Shown in pieces: positions 23,588-37,682 of a stretch of DNA of 64,000 nt. The position numbers were made by a program, and so were the translations under genes. Source of the DNA: Microbotryum violaceum (Eukaryota). How positions within the stretch are numbered: position 1 is the first letter of the stretch; every line of letters starts with the position of its first letter. The DNA lies in the NCBI GenBank assembly GCA_001244265.2, contig CDLV01000010.1:558001-622000 (forward strand). The letters are read 5' to 3'. The notes beneath the pieces are model-generated. The model saw only the letters and a list, made by a program, of their open reading frames with translations, was not told the DNA's origin and made no database searches.

Positions 23588-24143
23588 TACCATAATAGGA
23601 ACGATAATCAGATGAAGGACGGGACAGCCCATATGACCATATACGAATGAGAAGACTCGAGGATGGAGATGATCGTGAGGCAGTAGTGGGGATGTGTCAC
23701 GGTGGCTCGCTGCGTTTGCTTTTTTCTCTTTTTCTCACGTGCACGCATCAGGCCGCGTTCAGCACAGCGTCTCCGTCTGGTGTCTTCTTCTTTGTTATTT
23801 CCATTGTAAGGGTAGAACAGAGTCCGAGGAGTAACCTTACTGGACTGCCGATGAACGGGCAAAAATCATATAACTCCCTGATTGTAGAAGTAGAAGTTGG
23901 CAAGCCTCTCCCTTTGGAATGTCGAGTGCTCGGGAGACAACGGTTCGAGCGAGTCGCCAGTTTTCAGCTTTTCAGTCATAGCTACCAGCTAGTCCTTTTC
24001 AAAGAAAGAATCTGACAAACGCTAGATCCGCTCATCCTAGGCTAAGCGTAGGTACCGCCGTGTCCTATCGAGACTGTTAATACATGTATTGCAAGAGACT
24101 GCTGATGAACACCGGTCATGATCTCAAGAGACCCCTCCCTACC

Positions 24144-26424
24144 TTATTTCCTTCCGAGGCCTAAACCCAGAGCTTTGGCCATCCTCGACGCCCTCCCTCC
24201 ATGTGAAGCCGACGATACGACGCTTCCCGTCGTTCGACTGCGCAACACTCCGGGGACAAGCGACGTCTGATCGAGCTCGGTTCCCATCGTAGTGGACGTA
24301 GCCGTGCCCGAGCTCGGATTTTTGGTCAGTTTGCCGAGACGCATCCTGTTCGATGATGATGGGTCCCTTTCGTCGGACCTTACAGTGAACAAAGTATGAC
24401 CAGGGACCAGAGGATCCAGAGTTCGACTTCGGGTCGGTATCGGTGGACCATCCTGTTTAGCTATTAGGGTCGATTGAGAAGGGAACACTGAGCTCTGCGG
24501 TCGATGCCGTGGAGCGACCGAGGCCGACGAGATGCCCTCGTCCGATCGTCTGCCGTCAAGGGACAAATCGGTCGGCGATAGGGAAGTGACAGGTGGGGGG
24601 GATATGGGAGAGCGAGGTAGTCCTCGCCCATCTCCGGATCCTCCTTCTTTCCGACCAAACAAATTCAGGCGGGAGGGTGTTTCACTCCGACTGGCATTCG
24701 AGTCGGGCAATTCGGATAATTGATTGAATGCAGTAGCAAGATCCGACGTTGCCGAGTTGCGCTTCGAACTACCGTTGGGACCTTCGCGTTGAGAGGTGCG
24801 TCTCGACGAGGATCCGCTCTGATTTTGACGAGGTGCTGGTCTCAAAGTGTCGCCCGGTCCGGATCGTGAGGGTGAACCGAGGCAGATTCCGATCGGACTG
24901 GGATCTCGCTCCATCGATGATGAGGACTCGTATGCATAGTTGTCGGAGTGGGCGACAGATTCGCCCGATAGAGAAGGGCTCGGCGCAGCGATCCTAGCTC
25001 TTCGTGCTCGACGCCGTTTGGCTTTCCGAGACCGCTCGACGATTCGGTCTTCATAGAACTGGAGACAGAGCACCCCTATCAGTGTGATAGGTTGGCCGAT
25101 CGATTGCACGCATCTCTTGACCCACCTCTTTCATGGCCCGGGCGACGTCAAAGCTGGCAAAACGAATGTCCTTAATGATTAGCATGCAATCGGTTTCTTA
25201 GAGAAGAAGAGGATCGTGAACAGATGTGACTAACCTATAGGCGTACTCGTATGGGATGAAACCTTCGCCATTAATGGCGTTGTAATCGCAATCGAGTTCG
25301 ATGAGGAGTTTGATTACCTGTTTCGACGAAGATCAAACTTTTTCGTCGGTGAGCTTCCGTATGCAGAGGCGCGGTCTCAGCACAGAGACTCAAAGTGTGC
25401 TCACAGGTAAGCTGCCCCAACTGGCCGCATAATGCAACGCCGTGTTCCCAAACATGTCGCGCACGTCGATTTCCGATCCGGCATGAATGAGGATCTGCGA
25501 GTAGCGCCAGTTCCCAAATGAGCTCTCGTGTATCGACGGGAGAGTGGCTCGTGCAGGACCTGTACGCACCTGAATGGCTTCAAGTTGACCTTTCATAGCG
25601 GCAATGTGCAGTGATGTAGCCCCTCTGGCATCGACCCAGTCCAAGACGAAGCTGGGGCAGCGGGGCGATCGACGGTGGCGTATGTGGGGGGCGGTGATGG
25701 CTCGGAGTGAGCTCGACATTGTTGCGGACCAACGACATGCCATGGCCAGCAGAAAGAAGGGAGAGGTCCTTACGGGTATTGGGACAGGTACATGTTGAGT
25801 AAATCCACGAAGCCATTGGCAGCGGCTATGTGGAGAATGGTCTCGCCTGCGGCATCCTGTGTAGCAGATACCGTCGAAGGGGGCAGTGTCGAAGGGGGCA
25901 GAGTGTCAGCGTAGTTCGATTAGACCACACGGTGAAAAGGCACACCCAACTAGGTACTACCTGGTTACTCACTCTGCTGATTTCTATCTCCTCGTGTCCC
26001 TCGTCAAAGAGCAGCCAGTCACAGACATCCAACCGGCCCGCACGGGCTGCGAGCGCCAACGAGGTCTGGCGCGTCGAGGGGTTGATGTTGCGCACGTCCT
26101 CGACCTTGTTCGCGAGTCGCTCGAGGTGGGTAATGGTCGACTTGGGGTCTACGAGCGCTTGACGGAGCCGCTGGGAGGCCGAGAGGGAGGCCAGCGTGGC
26201 AGCGAAGCGGACACCGTAGGCAACGATGCTGCAGTGAGTATTGAACCTGGGGCGCGATGTAATTGGTCGCGTTACGGCAAGGACCAGAACCAGTCGGGTA
26301 CAAGAGGGGTGTTGGGTATCTGTGTCGCTGATGCGCACGAATGGCGAGGAAACCAGCGCAAGACTCGACGCGACGGCGGTCCAAGCGTCCCCAGGCCTGA
26401 GAGCGGTCCGTGCGCGTGTGCCAT
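24144..26424 (-). CDS. AVO2: Ankyrin-repeat protein, AVO2-like (TORC2 subunit); multi-exon
   Basis: QTSLALAARAG, GETILHIAA, GATSLHIAAMKG, GNTALHYAASWG repeats; Ser/Arg-rich tail; start approximate. Confidence 0.72.
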
Positions 26425-26867
26425 GAAGAATCGCCCGCACACAAGTGAAGTCAAACAGCTTATGCGCGTTCCAGAATGCGCGCTCTCAAGGCCGATCCTC
26501 GACAAGCAGCATTTGGCTTGGCGCTGCCACTCTATAATAATAGACACTGAAAACGGCTTATAATAATTAGGGAAGGAGAGTCAAATGGGCTGCGCTGCTT
26601 TGAGATTGTGTTTACCATACCAGGCTCAAGCTGCGCCGCCTCCCTGCCACGTGGTAGTTGACCAAAGCACAGCTTTACTGCCTACCACCGATTGCATAGC
26701 CCTCCACCCGATCGACCCGAAAAGTCGTGTAGCCAGGATCTGTTGAGCTTCCCTTAGCTTCCCCCTCTTCGCCCGAGTTCGATCATCCACCCACCGCCGC
26801 GCGCCTTCCGCCGCTCGATCCTCGCATCGGCCATCCAGCTCTCAGTCCCAGCTCAGCTGCTTGCGAA

Positions 26868-29045
26868 ATGGCGACTCGCCAATCACCCTACCCGAACTTG
26901 GGTGCTGATGACAACGTCGTGAACCAGAACAACTATGCGCCTCCACCTCAGTCGTACCAGATGCCCCACAGCCAACCGTACGGCGCCCAGCACCAACAGC
27001 CCCAGGTCGGCCAGCCGCACCAGCAGCAGCCGTACCACAACGCCGGCGCGGGAGGCCAGACCAGTCAGTCTTACCAGCTGCCGCCACCCCAGCAGCAGTA
27101 CTACCAGGAGCAGCAACAAGGTTACGGCGACAACACGAACGGCGGTAATGGCAAATACTCGCAGGACTATGGAGACAAGACCCAGAAGTTCGACGCCATC
27201 AAGCCAAAGTGAGTCTTCAGGTTCGGAAGAAGGTCGAATCGAGGCAGATTTTGCTCCGGTTCAAACTCGACAAATTCTGACACTGACGCGAATAAACACG
27301 ACTCTGCGTAATTTTGTGCCTATAGGTTCAACGATATCTTTTTTGCCATTTTCTTTGTCGCGCAAATGTTGGGCTTCATCGCCGTCGCCGTTCTCGTCCT
27401 GCGCGCCGTCAACGTTCGTGCCGATTCGCTCGGCAATCCCGGCAACTCCATTACGCTCAACCTCTCGACCAGCTATTTGCTCGCTTGCATCGCCGGTGCC
27501 GGTTTCGTCTTTTCGATCATCCTCTTGGGGATTGTCCGAGCCTTCGTACGTGTCTCCTGAACCACCTAGACAAGGTATCCCACGAGTCCGTCAAGCTCAT
27601 GCTTCCGAGACCCTGCCCCTACTCCTAGACTACCATCATTCTAGAGATTTGCTTACTACTTTCAGTCATCGTTTCGGTCGCGTAAGTGCTCCTTTGGGGT
27701 CTTCTCTTCTGATCATCGTCGCTAATGGTCTCTCTGGCAACCACAGCTACGCGGTCTACCTTTGGATCGAGAAATTCTGGTCCGGCGCTATCATCTTCTC
27801 CATCTTTGCGGTCATCTCTGTGATTGCGTACTTCCCCATGAGGAAGCGGATACCCCTGTCCAAGGCGCTGCTCTTGTTCGTGCTCAAGATCGCCAGTGGG
27901 TCACCTGTCGCTCCAACCAAGCTTCCAAGGGATTCGCGTGCTGACTTGTCCCGTCTGCGCAGAACACCACCCTTCGGTCTATATCATTGCCATGGTCGGC
28001 TGCCTCGTCCAAGCCGCTTACTCGGTCTTCTGGTCCTTTGTCGTCATCGCGACCTACCAAAAGTACCACCCTGGAACGGCAGCCTCTTCGACCAGTGGCG
28101 GACAGCCCTCGCAGGCGACCATGATCGGCTTGATCGTCTTCGAATGCTTCAACTTCTTCTGGGTCAGTCAGTTCATTACGAACTACACCTTGACGATCAA
28201 CGCCGGCGTGTACGGAGCGGTCTACTTTGGTGGCTTCGACGCCAAATCTGTCGCCTGGGGTGCCTTCAAGCGAGCCTCGACCTACAGCATCGGCTCGATT
28301 GCTTTCGGTTCGCTCGTCGTCGCCTTGCTCGACCTCATCCGCGCCGGTCTCAGCATCTTGCGATCGTACGAAGAAGGCCAGGGTAACGGCATCGCGGCTT
28401 TGATCATCTGCTGCGTTCAATGCTGCATGGGATGCATCGCCGGATTGGTCGAATATTTCAACCGTTATGCCATGATCGAGATCGCGCTCTACGGAAAGGC
28501 TTACATCCAGGTCAGTTTTTTCCGAGTCCCAGCGTGTGAGCCTGTTGAAGCTGACCTAAAGATATGTTGGCTTGACCTCCTCACAGGCCGCCAAGGACAC
28601 CTGGAATCTGTTCAAGGACCGAGGCATTGACGCTCTTGTCAACGATTCGTTGGTTAATTCGATCTGGACGTTCGGCAGCTTCGCCGTCGGAGCGTTGTGC
28701 TCTGCGGCAGCTTATCTGTATCTGACCTTGATCAACCCGAGTTACGTCCAAAACAACACTTCGGTCCGCGCTGCGGTAATGGGTTACGCGTTCGTCATTG
28801 GCTTCTTTATCTGGTAAGTTTCAGGTCTCGTCTTTGAAGTCCTTTGGCAAAACCCGAGTACCTATCTTGACGTCGTCGTCATGCTTGATCCATTCAGCCA
28901 CGCGCTCGGTTACGGTGCTCTCTCCTCCGGCGTGTCGACGATCTTCGTTGGACTTGGCGAGGATCCCGAGGCTCTCGCCGAACGCGACCCCGCTTTGTTC
29001 CAAACGATCGCTCAGGCTTACCCCCAGGTCACCACTTCGGTGTGA
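26868..29045 (+). CDS. PNS1: Choline transporter-like (CTL) membrane protein PNS1; multi-exon
   Basis: Q/P-rich N-terminus; AFKRASTYSIGSIAFGSLVV; EYFNRYAMIEIALYGKAY; GIDALVNDSL; STIFVGLGEDP. Confidence 0.92.
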
Positions 29046-29389
29046 TCCAGCTTCGAAGAGGGGGTCCGGTCTTTGGTCGCGGTGGTCAGGGAGACTCAAA
29101 GGGTGGTTCTGGGTGCGCTTAATTCCTTCTACTCCACTAGTACAACGGATCCGTGTATCAGTCGTATCTACGTGATTTTTACGCACGTGTGCTTTCAACT
29201 TAACGTTGGATGATAGATAATCTGCGTTATTCATGTCATCGCTTCGGGAGCCCCGGGGTAAAGCCCCTTCAAACCGCACCGGGCAGTATTTGCCAGAGTA
29301 TAGGGAGGGACAGGCTCCCTCGGCGTAAATTGCTGCGAATACACTGTAAGCGAGATCCTTTTTCTACACCGAACAGGCCATCTCATTAT

Positions 29390-30726
29390 TCAAAGAGGTT
29401 TCGTCTCGACTTCGGGAAAGAGCTCAACGATCTTCTGCACATAGTCGACGGCGCGCCCCGAGTTTAAGACAACCGCGCGATAGGTCGAGTCCAGGTACTT
29501 ATTCGGTAGATCCATTCCTTCGACAATCGAAAGGCCCTTCGATGGCGCAATGATGTGCGAAAGAGCACTGTAACTCGAGCCTCCGAGTAGTGTGACGTCA
29601 TTGTCGGCGAGAGCGAAGAGATCCGCGAACGAGTCGCCACTGTCGATGACAGTGTAGTCGTCAAAGTCGAGCAGACCTAGAACGGTCGCATTGACGTTCT
29701 CCATCACGACCCGAATGTCAAGCTTGACGAATCGTGCGCGCAATTTTGACATGATGTCGTTGATGTGAACGAGCTGCATCGAACCTCGCGGCTTCTCCAT
29801 CGTTCCTTCAAACATCTCGGCGTCACCCCACCGGATGTGCACTCCGCAGGACAGAGCCGTCCGATCTGGTGACACCGCCGATCCCTCCACTGATGGCCGA
29901 TCCAATCTCCGTCCCTCGATACCACCGATCCTTTGTCGCACAAAGTTACGATAGCACGCGTTGAGGTCTTCCACGACCTCGTGGACGATGTCCTCGAGTA
30001 TGATGGTGCAACCCCTTTCATCCAACTGCTCCTTCACTCTCAATCCTAGCTCGTAGCCTTTTCCTAACCGACTGCAAGCACCCCTGATGACCATGTCTCG
30101 ACGATACCGTGGCAGATAGTCTATGAACTTACAAGGATGTGACAAAGTCAGATCAAATTGTCCTCTTCTAGTCTTTTGGAGTGAAAGAGAGTGTCAAGAC
30201 ACTGCGTACCAGATATGCGACATACCCTCCCCGACGGCACCTGCCACGCATCGACTCCGTCGGGACCGAATGCGTGAGGATTAAGCACCTCGTCATGGTA
30301 GTAACCATGCTGCGATAATGTCTCTCCGACAATAAAAGTGGCGTCAAAGAATGCCGCCAGGATGATCCCACCCTTGATGCGTTGCAGTGCCGAGCCGATG
30401 CCTTCTTCGTTCGCCTCGGTGCGTATCCACAGTCGAGGTGTCTTGCCTATCTTTGGCAGCTTTGATGCGCTCTTCCACGGAAAAATAACCCCCTCCTTGA
30501 TCGAAGGAAATGATAGAGAGGTATCCTTCGTGACCCTGTCAAGCAAGCAACTGACGACAAGACCAAATACGATGCCAATGACGACCGATGCTGAATTCAG
30601 TCTTCGCCTCTTCCACGGGCCCGTGCCACCATGACGCTGATCCCTAAAGGGCGATATCCTCCCCGAGATTAAGGAAGAGGCGCAAGTGGCATCGCCGGAG
30701 TCTCTTAGCAGCATCGACGCCGACAT
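29390..30726 (-). CDS. Type II membrane protein with fucosyltransferase-like (GT11/GT23-like) motifs; two main exons
   Basis: N-terminal TM helix; EGIGSALQ, GVHIRWGD, DLFALA...GGSSYS; start uncertain. Confidence 0.6.
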
Positions 30727-31922
30727 GTGGCCCGCGGGCGGCGTTGAAGGTGTCGATGCCACCTCGACCGGGTGGCAGCGCACGAGCAGCCTTTCCCACT
30801 CCTGAAGGGCATCGAACTCGTGTAGATCCCGAGGCGAGCTCTGATGCCGGTATCGAGGACGGGCTTCCATGCTTTACGGGTAGAAAAGTTGATTTGAGGT
30901 GGGCGAGCCGAGTCGCGTGTGGGTCAGTGACTAGTCACTCTGGAATGAAAGCCCTGCCCGGAACGGTCGTGAGTCGATTGAGCCGGGCACACCTCCTGAA
31001 ACACGTCCCGTGGGCCCTCCTATAGCTATCCAACAGGGGGCTGTGCCTCGGTCATCTCTGGAAGCAGCTGGAATCTATGAACTTAAACTCAAACTAACCC
31101 CTCACTCGGCAAGTGCTAGTAGAGTATCCCCAGTGTTGAAAACGTACGGAAATGAAGTCTCACCCTGATGACCTTCAGCTGGCTGGCCCCCAATTTATGA
31201 CGATCTCCGGAGCGTTCGAGCGCTCAGGCGCACGAAAGGGGCCGTGCAGTGGGGCACTTCCTCGCCAACGGTCCACGATCCGAGAGTCTCGCTCAATCTG
31301 ACACAATAATAACGGACGTTCTGGTCTGTGAAGCAAGACGTGGCCAGCGCGCGGCACCCGCCCCTCGCGAGCATTGCCCGCCTCTTCCTGTCGGGTCGCG
31401 GATCGGGGAAGGGGGCCGACTGCACGGACCGCCCGCTCGATGCAAATTGGGTCACAACCTCTACTCAGCCTTTCGGAAGGTGGAACATCATGTCACTGAA
31501 GCGGTTTTATTACAAGATCATCAGACCATAATACTCCAAATGGGATGATCGAGAATGGCTGGTACAATATGGCCTAAAATGATGCGAATGGGTGGGGGGA
31601 GGCGCAGTCGAGGAATCGGGAAAGCTTGCTCGATGGCGTATTGTCGAGGTGACAGTGACAGCAAGCATGCTCGTAGGCCCATTATTCCTCCTCGCAAAGC
31701 TCTTCCCCGAACGAGGGCGCGCGGGTATATAGGCTTACGTCAACCTGCGAACATTTATAGAGCATCGGCGTGGTCAATACCGTGCTCTGCAGCGTGCTGA
31801 TCTGTTCCGAGAAGAGGAAGCATTTCACCTCGTGGGGCTCGAGAGCACTCTGTCAAAAGTGGAGTAGCGGGTTTAGCATATATTCGGAGTACATGAAACG
31901 CACTCGACTCAGGGCGACACGC

Positions 31923-33919
31923 TCACACACTCACCCTGCGTACATTGCGCACACCGCCATCCTCGTCTTGGTTATGGGGTGGCGCCAAATGCAGTTTACG
32001 ATGGCGAGTGAGATTGCTCGGGATGCTGAAGCAGCGACTACACTCGGGGCAGCAGTGGGCTGTAAGATACAAGCGGTGCGTGTGAGCTGCTAAATCTCTA
32101 TGCTCACGTAAGCGGCGCAGATCCGACAATCTTACGCTTGAGTTTGGTGTGTGTTAGCTGAGGAGCGGGAGAGATGCGGAAAGACGGTGAGCAGTGGCAA
32201 TGTCCGATCAGTGCTGTTTCATATGCTAGCTGAGGCTTCAAAATCTCCTGGTGCTGACCATATGTATCTTGAGCGCGGATGGACGAGCAAACACTCGTGG
32301 CTCGCCAACACACATCTCGCAGCGATAGCGGCGCTGAGCAGATTCACGAGATGCTTCACTGATTTTTCGTCGACGCAGCTTCCCATCCGCATCGTTGGCA
32401 GAAACGGTCTCGCTCTCTTCCTCATCCTCCTTGCCCTCACCTTCGCCCTCACCCTCTCCCTTGATCTCTCCGTCACCTTCGGCCTCGCCCTCGCTTCTAG
32501 GCTCGTTCTCCTCGGAGGCCAATCGCATATTTCCTTTGGCCTTACGAGTCTTCATTTTGCCCTTGACCTTCCGCAGTTGGCTAGAAAGCGAATCCGATCG
32601 GTAGTCTCTCGCAGCTACGCACAAATGCGATGTATGTTAGCCTCTCACACGAAAACTTGACTGGAACCTTTGACTTACCACTTATGCTCGAAGCCGCATC
32701 ATTCGCTGAGGAGTTGGGAGTCCAACAAGCGCGACTCTTCGTTTGCTCCCCACCAGAAGCAGTGGGCTCCTCTTTGACCCGAGGAGCAGTGGGCTCCTCC
32801 TGGTTTTCGCCAGACCAGAAGGAGGATCCCCGCATCGAATAGCCTGTGGGGGAACCGATAACGCAATCTCAATATTGTCAGTAATCGGTCAAAGCAGATA
32901 ATCGAACGCAGTCTTTACTGACGTTGTTCTTGAGACTGCGGATGCGGATGCGGTTGCGGATGCGGTTGCGGTTGCGGTTGAAGATGCGAGTCGGACTGTG
33001 CGTTCCACTGCCATCGTTGCGCAAGGCCACCGACGAGATCGTCTTGCGCAGATGAGTGAACCGATTTCATCTGCTGTGCCGGATATCGCTGATGCTGAGT
33101 CGCATACAAATTAGATGACCACGATGAAGGTGCGAAGGTAAGAGGCGCTTGCTCTTTCTCGTACTGCCAATGTTCGTGCGGCGATGTCGACTTTGGGCGC
33201 GACTGTGGAGGGCAAGAATACGATATTGCATACGACGTATCGAGTTCCCCCATTTCCTCATATATGTGATGGTCTTGATCCCGAGAGTGCTGCTGGCTTG
33301 GAAAGGAGCCCGGCCACGACTCGGACAGTGTCGGGCGAGAATGGTGTCCTTCGACGCCACCCGACCTCATGTGATGCGGCAGCGCAGTATATTCACCGAG
33401 TGAACGAGCCGAGCCAGGTGGACTCGGGTCCCCGGCTGAGTATGAGGATGCATGGTGCACAGACAGATGTGGCCGCGGATGATGGGTTTGAAGTGGTGGT
33501 GTGGGTGGTGCACGTCCCTGAAGAGGCCTCATGTGCGGATCGAGCGCAGAAAGGTCGTAAGGGGCGTAGACAAGCCCAGAGGCGGCATGCTGATTTTGCA
33601 CGTCGTAGTGTGGGGATCGCAGAACCGATGAGCCCGAAGAAGCGCTCCCCCCCGTCGAGCGGTGACGATCTGAGTGATAAGAGTGCAGCTCGCTCGAACG
33701 AGCTGAAGATCCACTCAGTTGACCGTGCCACGCCTGCTGGTCGTAGTGCGCCTGCCAGTGGTTGATGTTCGGTTCGGAGGGGACCAACATGGTCACCATG
33801 CCAAAGTTCGAGTCCATGCGCCGGTAGGTCTCGTGAATGGACGGGTACATGTGCTGCTGTGAATCGTTCTGCATCTCCTGATAGCCATAACGGCTGTGCC
33901 CGTGTTGTTGTGCGACCAT
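31923..33919 (-). CDS. C2H2 zinc-finger transcription factor; multi-exon
   Basis: YRCEMC...FARPSALKIHM and CPECSRCFSIPSNLTRHRKLH after a long H/Q/S-rich region. Confidence 0.85.
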
Positions 33920-35273
33920 CACCCGCTTGCACCGCACTGCTGCCTACAATCGTCGAACCCCTCAGGGCAGTGCCTGACGCCGCCAGCTCCGACGCGTACC
34001 ACGCACGCGAGGGCACCCAGCGCCAAATGCCGCGGACGGGTTGACCGAGCCCGACTCGGAGGCTTCACTTGAGGCTGTTGCGTACGGCTGCAGATGAAAT
34101 GCGACCAGCAACTGTCGGGTACGTAGATGGTGAAAGTATTTACAAGGAGTGTGTACCACAATTCGGCTGAGCCCAATCGTGGAGTAGGTCGGATCCGCTT
34201 CCTAATAGGCTAGTAGCTGGGGATCGTCGTCACGGTGCGGGCGTCTCGATTCGTCGCACACTTATAAAGGACAGTCGCACAGAAGCGTCGATCAGGAGCG
34301 GTCGCGAGCGGAGCTCCGGCTGAGCCACCGGAGCTTGAAATCGCAGAAGCGGAAGGCCGATGCAAGGGGCGAAATGAGCGACGACGGTCGGACGAGACGG
34401 TAGGAGACGAGTCAGCAATACCAACGGTTGAGAAGGGATCACATATGCAAGAACCTAAGCAGTGCCCACTGAGCACGGGGCACGTCTAGCTCGATCTGTC
34501 TAGCTCGTGTAGACTGGTACTCAGAAAGCTGGGGAACCGGGCAGGGAAACTTTGTCCAAAATAAGCTCACTTCTTTGTAGACTAACTGGAATTCAAATTC
34601 TCATTCTTATTACCGGTGTGTAGATCAGCTGTCTGCTGATCGAGCTGGGTGCGACATCGGCAACTCAAGCCACGCCGTAAAATGTCGTGGACATGCACGA
34701 AGCCCCCCCCCCCACTGTTCTCTCGCCCTCGTGTGCAGAGTGTGACTTAACTGTGCAGTTGTGCATGTGCACCCTTGGAGCCGTGGGCAGCGGCTGGCTG
34801 TGCCCACTATATACCACTAGGCAGTTTTCCTGGCGACGCGTGTGTGGGGGTCGCGTGGGACTAAATGGCTTGGTTTTCCACCTAAGGGTGCCTGCTCCTC
34901 CGGCATAGCGAGGTCCATCGTAGGGATTTGTTTTACATTTTGCCCAATGTACCAGTTCAGCGAGGACAGTACCTAGTATGCACGTAGTCCAGCAGGTGTT
35001 CCATACTGATTTTCGGGAAAATACATCACCAGTACTGCAAGGGATGGCAAGCGGTGCACCGCTACCCCCCGTCACAAGTTTTGATGACCGGAGATGAAAA
35101 CTTACGGGCCTGCGATCCCAGATTCTTCAGCTGTTAGGTACCTACAGCAGACATGGGAGGTCGATAGAAAGGTTTGCTTCATTTCCACGTACACTACCCT
35201 ACGATTTCGCGGTGCGTAGTCATCAAGGTAGTTACTAGTACGGAGGTAGAGCCTGTGGAAGGTGTTTCCGTGG

Positions 35274-37682
35274 GGCGCACGCACACATAACCGCTCTAAT
35301 CGCTCGTCACTCTGGGCTCACATAAGGTCGGGTTTTGGGCCCACGTCGGAGGCAACTCTGGTCCCACAAGGCGACTTTGGGATCACATCGGTGCGGACTT
35401 TGGGATCACATCCGAGGTTATTCTTGTACCACGTTCATAGGGGACTTTGGTACCACATATATGTAGACGCCTGTATCTCTTGCAATGTATGATGTATCAC
35501 TCTGGGAACAGTATTTTGATGCATGTACAGGTCTATAGTACTTCTGGTCGGTGAGACAAGGCGGACAATGCAGTACTTGCTACATCGGGGCTCTACTCTT
35601 CCCCGGCCTGCTTGGCCGCTCCGGCGCCCGGCGGTGGTGTCGGTGGTGTCGATTCCGGGACCTCACACTGCAATCCGGACGACTGTCGGACTGCCAACGT
35701 CTGGCAGTGACGAGGCAGCAGGCGTTGCATGCAACAAACATCGTAGGGTGGAGTAAACCCTTTTTTCCCTATGCCTTGTCACTGTAACGTCCTTATCACT
35801 AACCATTTCAGTGACGCCATCACATAAATCACACGGGTGATCATGAGCTCTAGCTCCATTTGAAGGCCTGCAACCGTTAGAACCCTTATTAGAAACCGGC
35901 AAATTCACGAATGCCGCTGAAACGAGCAAAAAGAAAGAAAGAAAAGAAAGAAAGAAAAGAAAGAAAAGAAAGAAAGAAAGAAAAGAAAGAAAGAAAGAAA
36001 AGAAAAAAATCCTCATTGAAGCTTCGTACGCTCCTCGTCTTTACACCCCACTCGCCCACTCACACATACACTGGAATTCTCACACATACACTGGAATTCT
36101 CACACAAAGCACTCCTTTCCTTCCTTTTTGAGCGGATGGTTCGTCCATTGCGAGCACAACAACGCCTGGATGGGGCACCTTCTAGACGACGCCAAGTACG
36201 CTCATGTCAACAACTTAAGCGATGAATCAACTGCAAGTCAAATACAAAGGGGACCGCTCACCCATTGCGCTGCGACAACAAAGCTCGCCAGAGCCATACC
36301 TATCAGATGATGAATCGGATTCATATGAGGATGAGGATGACTCGAAACTCTCGGCAGCTTTGGTCGCGGTCCCCCCCAAGTCCTCGAAGTCTCGCACCTC
36401 CTCAGCCTCGGGGCTTTCGAACTCTCGCAAGAACTGTTCCAGCGACTCCGAAGAGGATTCGACAAGCGATTCATACTACGGAGTCGAAGAAGACAGATCA
36501 GAGGAGGCATTACCTGACAAGTTGTCTCCGCACCACTCCTGGCTCGGAAAGACAAGAAGATTTGGACGGGCATACCTGCGAGCTCACGCAGACCGACGAA
36601 CTGTCGAACACGAAGCGCGGAGGCATTTCTCTCAAACATCATCTTCACCACTGCAGAGCACAACGAGCTCCGTCTCAGGCCGCTCGTTCCTCGCAAGCAG
36701 AAATCCGAATGGAAATTCGTAAGCAACCCTGTCCTGGAGCTCCCAAGGTTCATAGCTACAGAGGTGTTTCGAAGCTGCGTGCTGCGCTGCGTTTTGTTTC
36801 GTCCTGTGATCGGTCTACTTATTCGTGAGATATATCAACAGACGTACGGCTGGGCTCCACGCAAATATGAATGCTGTCTCGTTGTCGTCGAGCGACCTTA
36901 CGGTAAGGCGCACTCGTCTACTCATCATCAACAGCCGTCGGACGTGGTAGTGGGGATCTGATGATGTCCAGAACTGCCCATCACTCTTCTAGAAGCTTGG
37001 AGTCAACCCGCGAAGGTCGACCTGTTGTGGAGGTTCTGCGGATGGCCGTCGTTGCTCGGGGGCCTGCAAAAGAGATCGGGGACGTTTGAACATCGTTCAA
37101 CTGCAATGATCATACAAGCAAAAGTTCGCCGATGTCGAAGCGTGACTTATTAGAATCTGTATCTTCGCTCGATCTCTATGAACTGTTCTTCATGGATGAG
37201 AGAAGCGAGGGACCGGTGCCAATTCTGGTCTAATCCGAGTCGGCGCAATTACGTTCGGGAGTGTCGGCCTTGGCGGTTCGGGCGCCGGACCGCTGCTGAC
37301 ACCACGGGCGCGGAGAGGCCAAGGGGGGCAGAACATCGAAGTAACTACTGCATTGTCCGCCTTGTCTCACCGGCCAGAAGTACTATAGACCTGTACATGC
37401 ATCAAAATACTGTTCCCAGAGTGATACATCATACATTGCAAGAGATACAGGCGTCTACATATATGTGGTACCAAAGTCCCCTATGAACGTGGTACAAGAA
37501 TAACCTCGGATGTGATCTCAAAGTCCGCACCGATGTGATCCCAAAGTCCGCTCCGATGTGATCCCAAAGTCGCCTCCGATGTGGGACCAGAGTCGCCTCC
37601 GATGTGGGACCAGAGTTGCCATCCTCGGGACCAAAGTGCCCTGCTATTCGCGCGATTAACCTAATTCCGTTAACGTAATTCC
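35274..37682. mobile_element. Long-TIR DNA transposon relic with 21-22 bp subterminal tandem repeats; candidate 10-bp TSD
   Basis: About 35335-35575 is the reverse complement of about 37345-37635; repeat unit GACTTTGGGATCACATCGGAG; GTTTCCGTGG at 35264-35273 and 37683-37692; degenerate internal ORF about 36136-37000. Confidence 0.78.
35928..36008. repeat. (GAAA/GAAAA)n purine tract inside the TIR element
   Basis: Directly visible. Confidence 0.95.

Larger units (their letters stand above)
18513..23860 (-). pseudogene. Decayed multi-exon XPG/FEN1/EXO1-type PIN nuclease gene split by two insertions
   Basis: SAYEADPLIAA...SRDSSLF (XPG-I-like, about 21200-21320); GLMMGCDYLPT (H3TH-like, about 21030-21060); FYPYNG...KEEDTRRRR (XPG-N-like, about 23720-23830); GT..CTAAC..AG introns at 18580-18780; frameshifts. 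Confidence 0.6.

Noticed and set aside
35335..37635. CRISPR-like repeats
   Set aside because: Units are contiguous without unique spacers, lie in TIRs, and the DNA is eukaryotic
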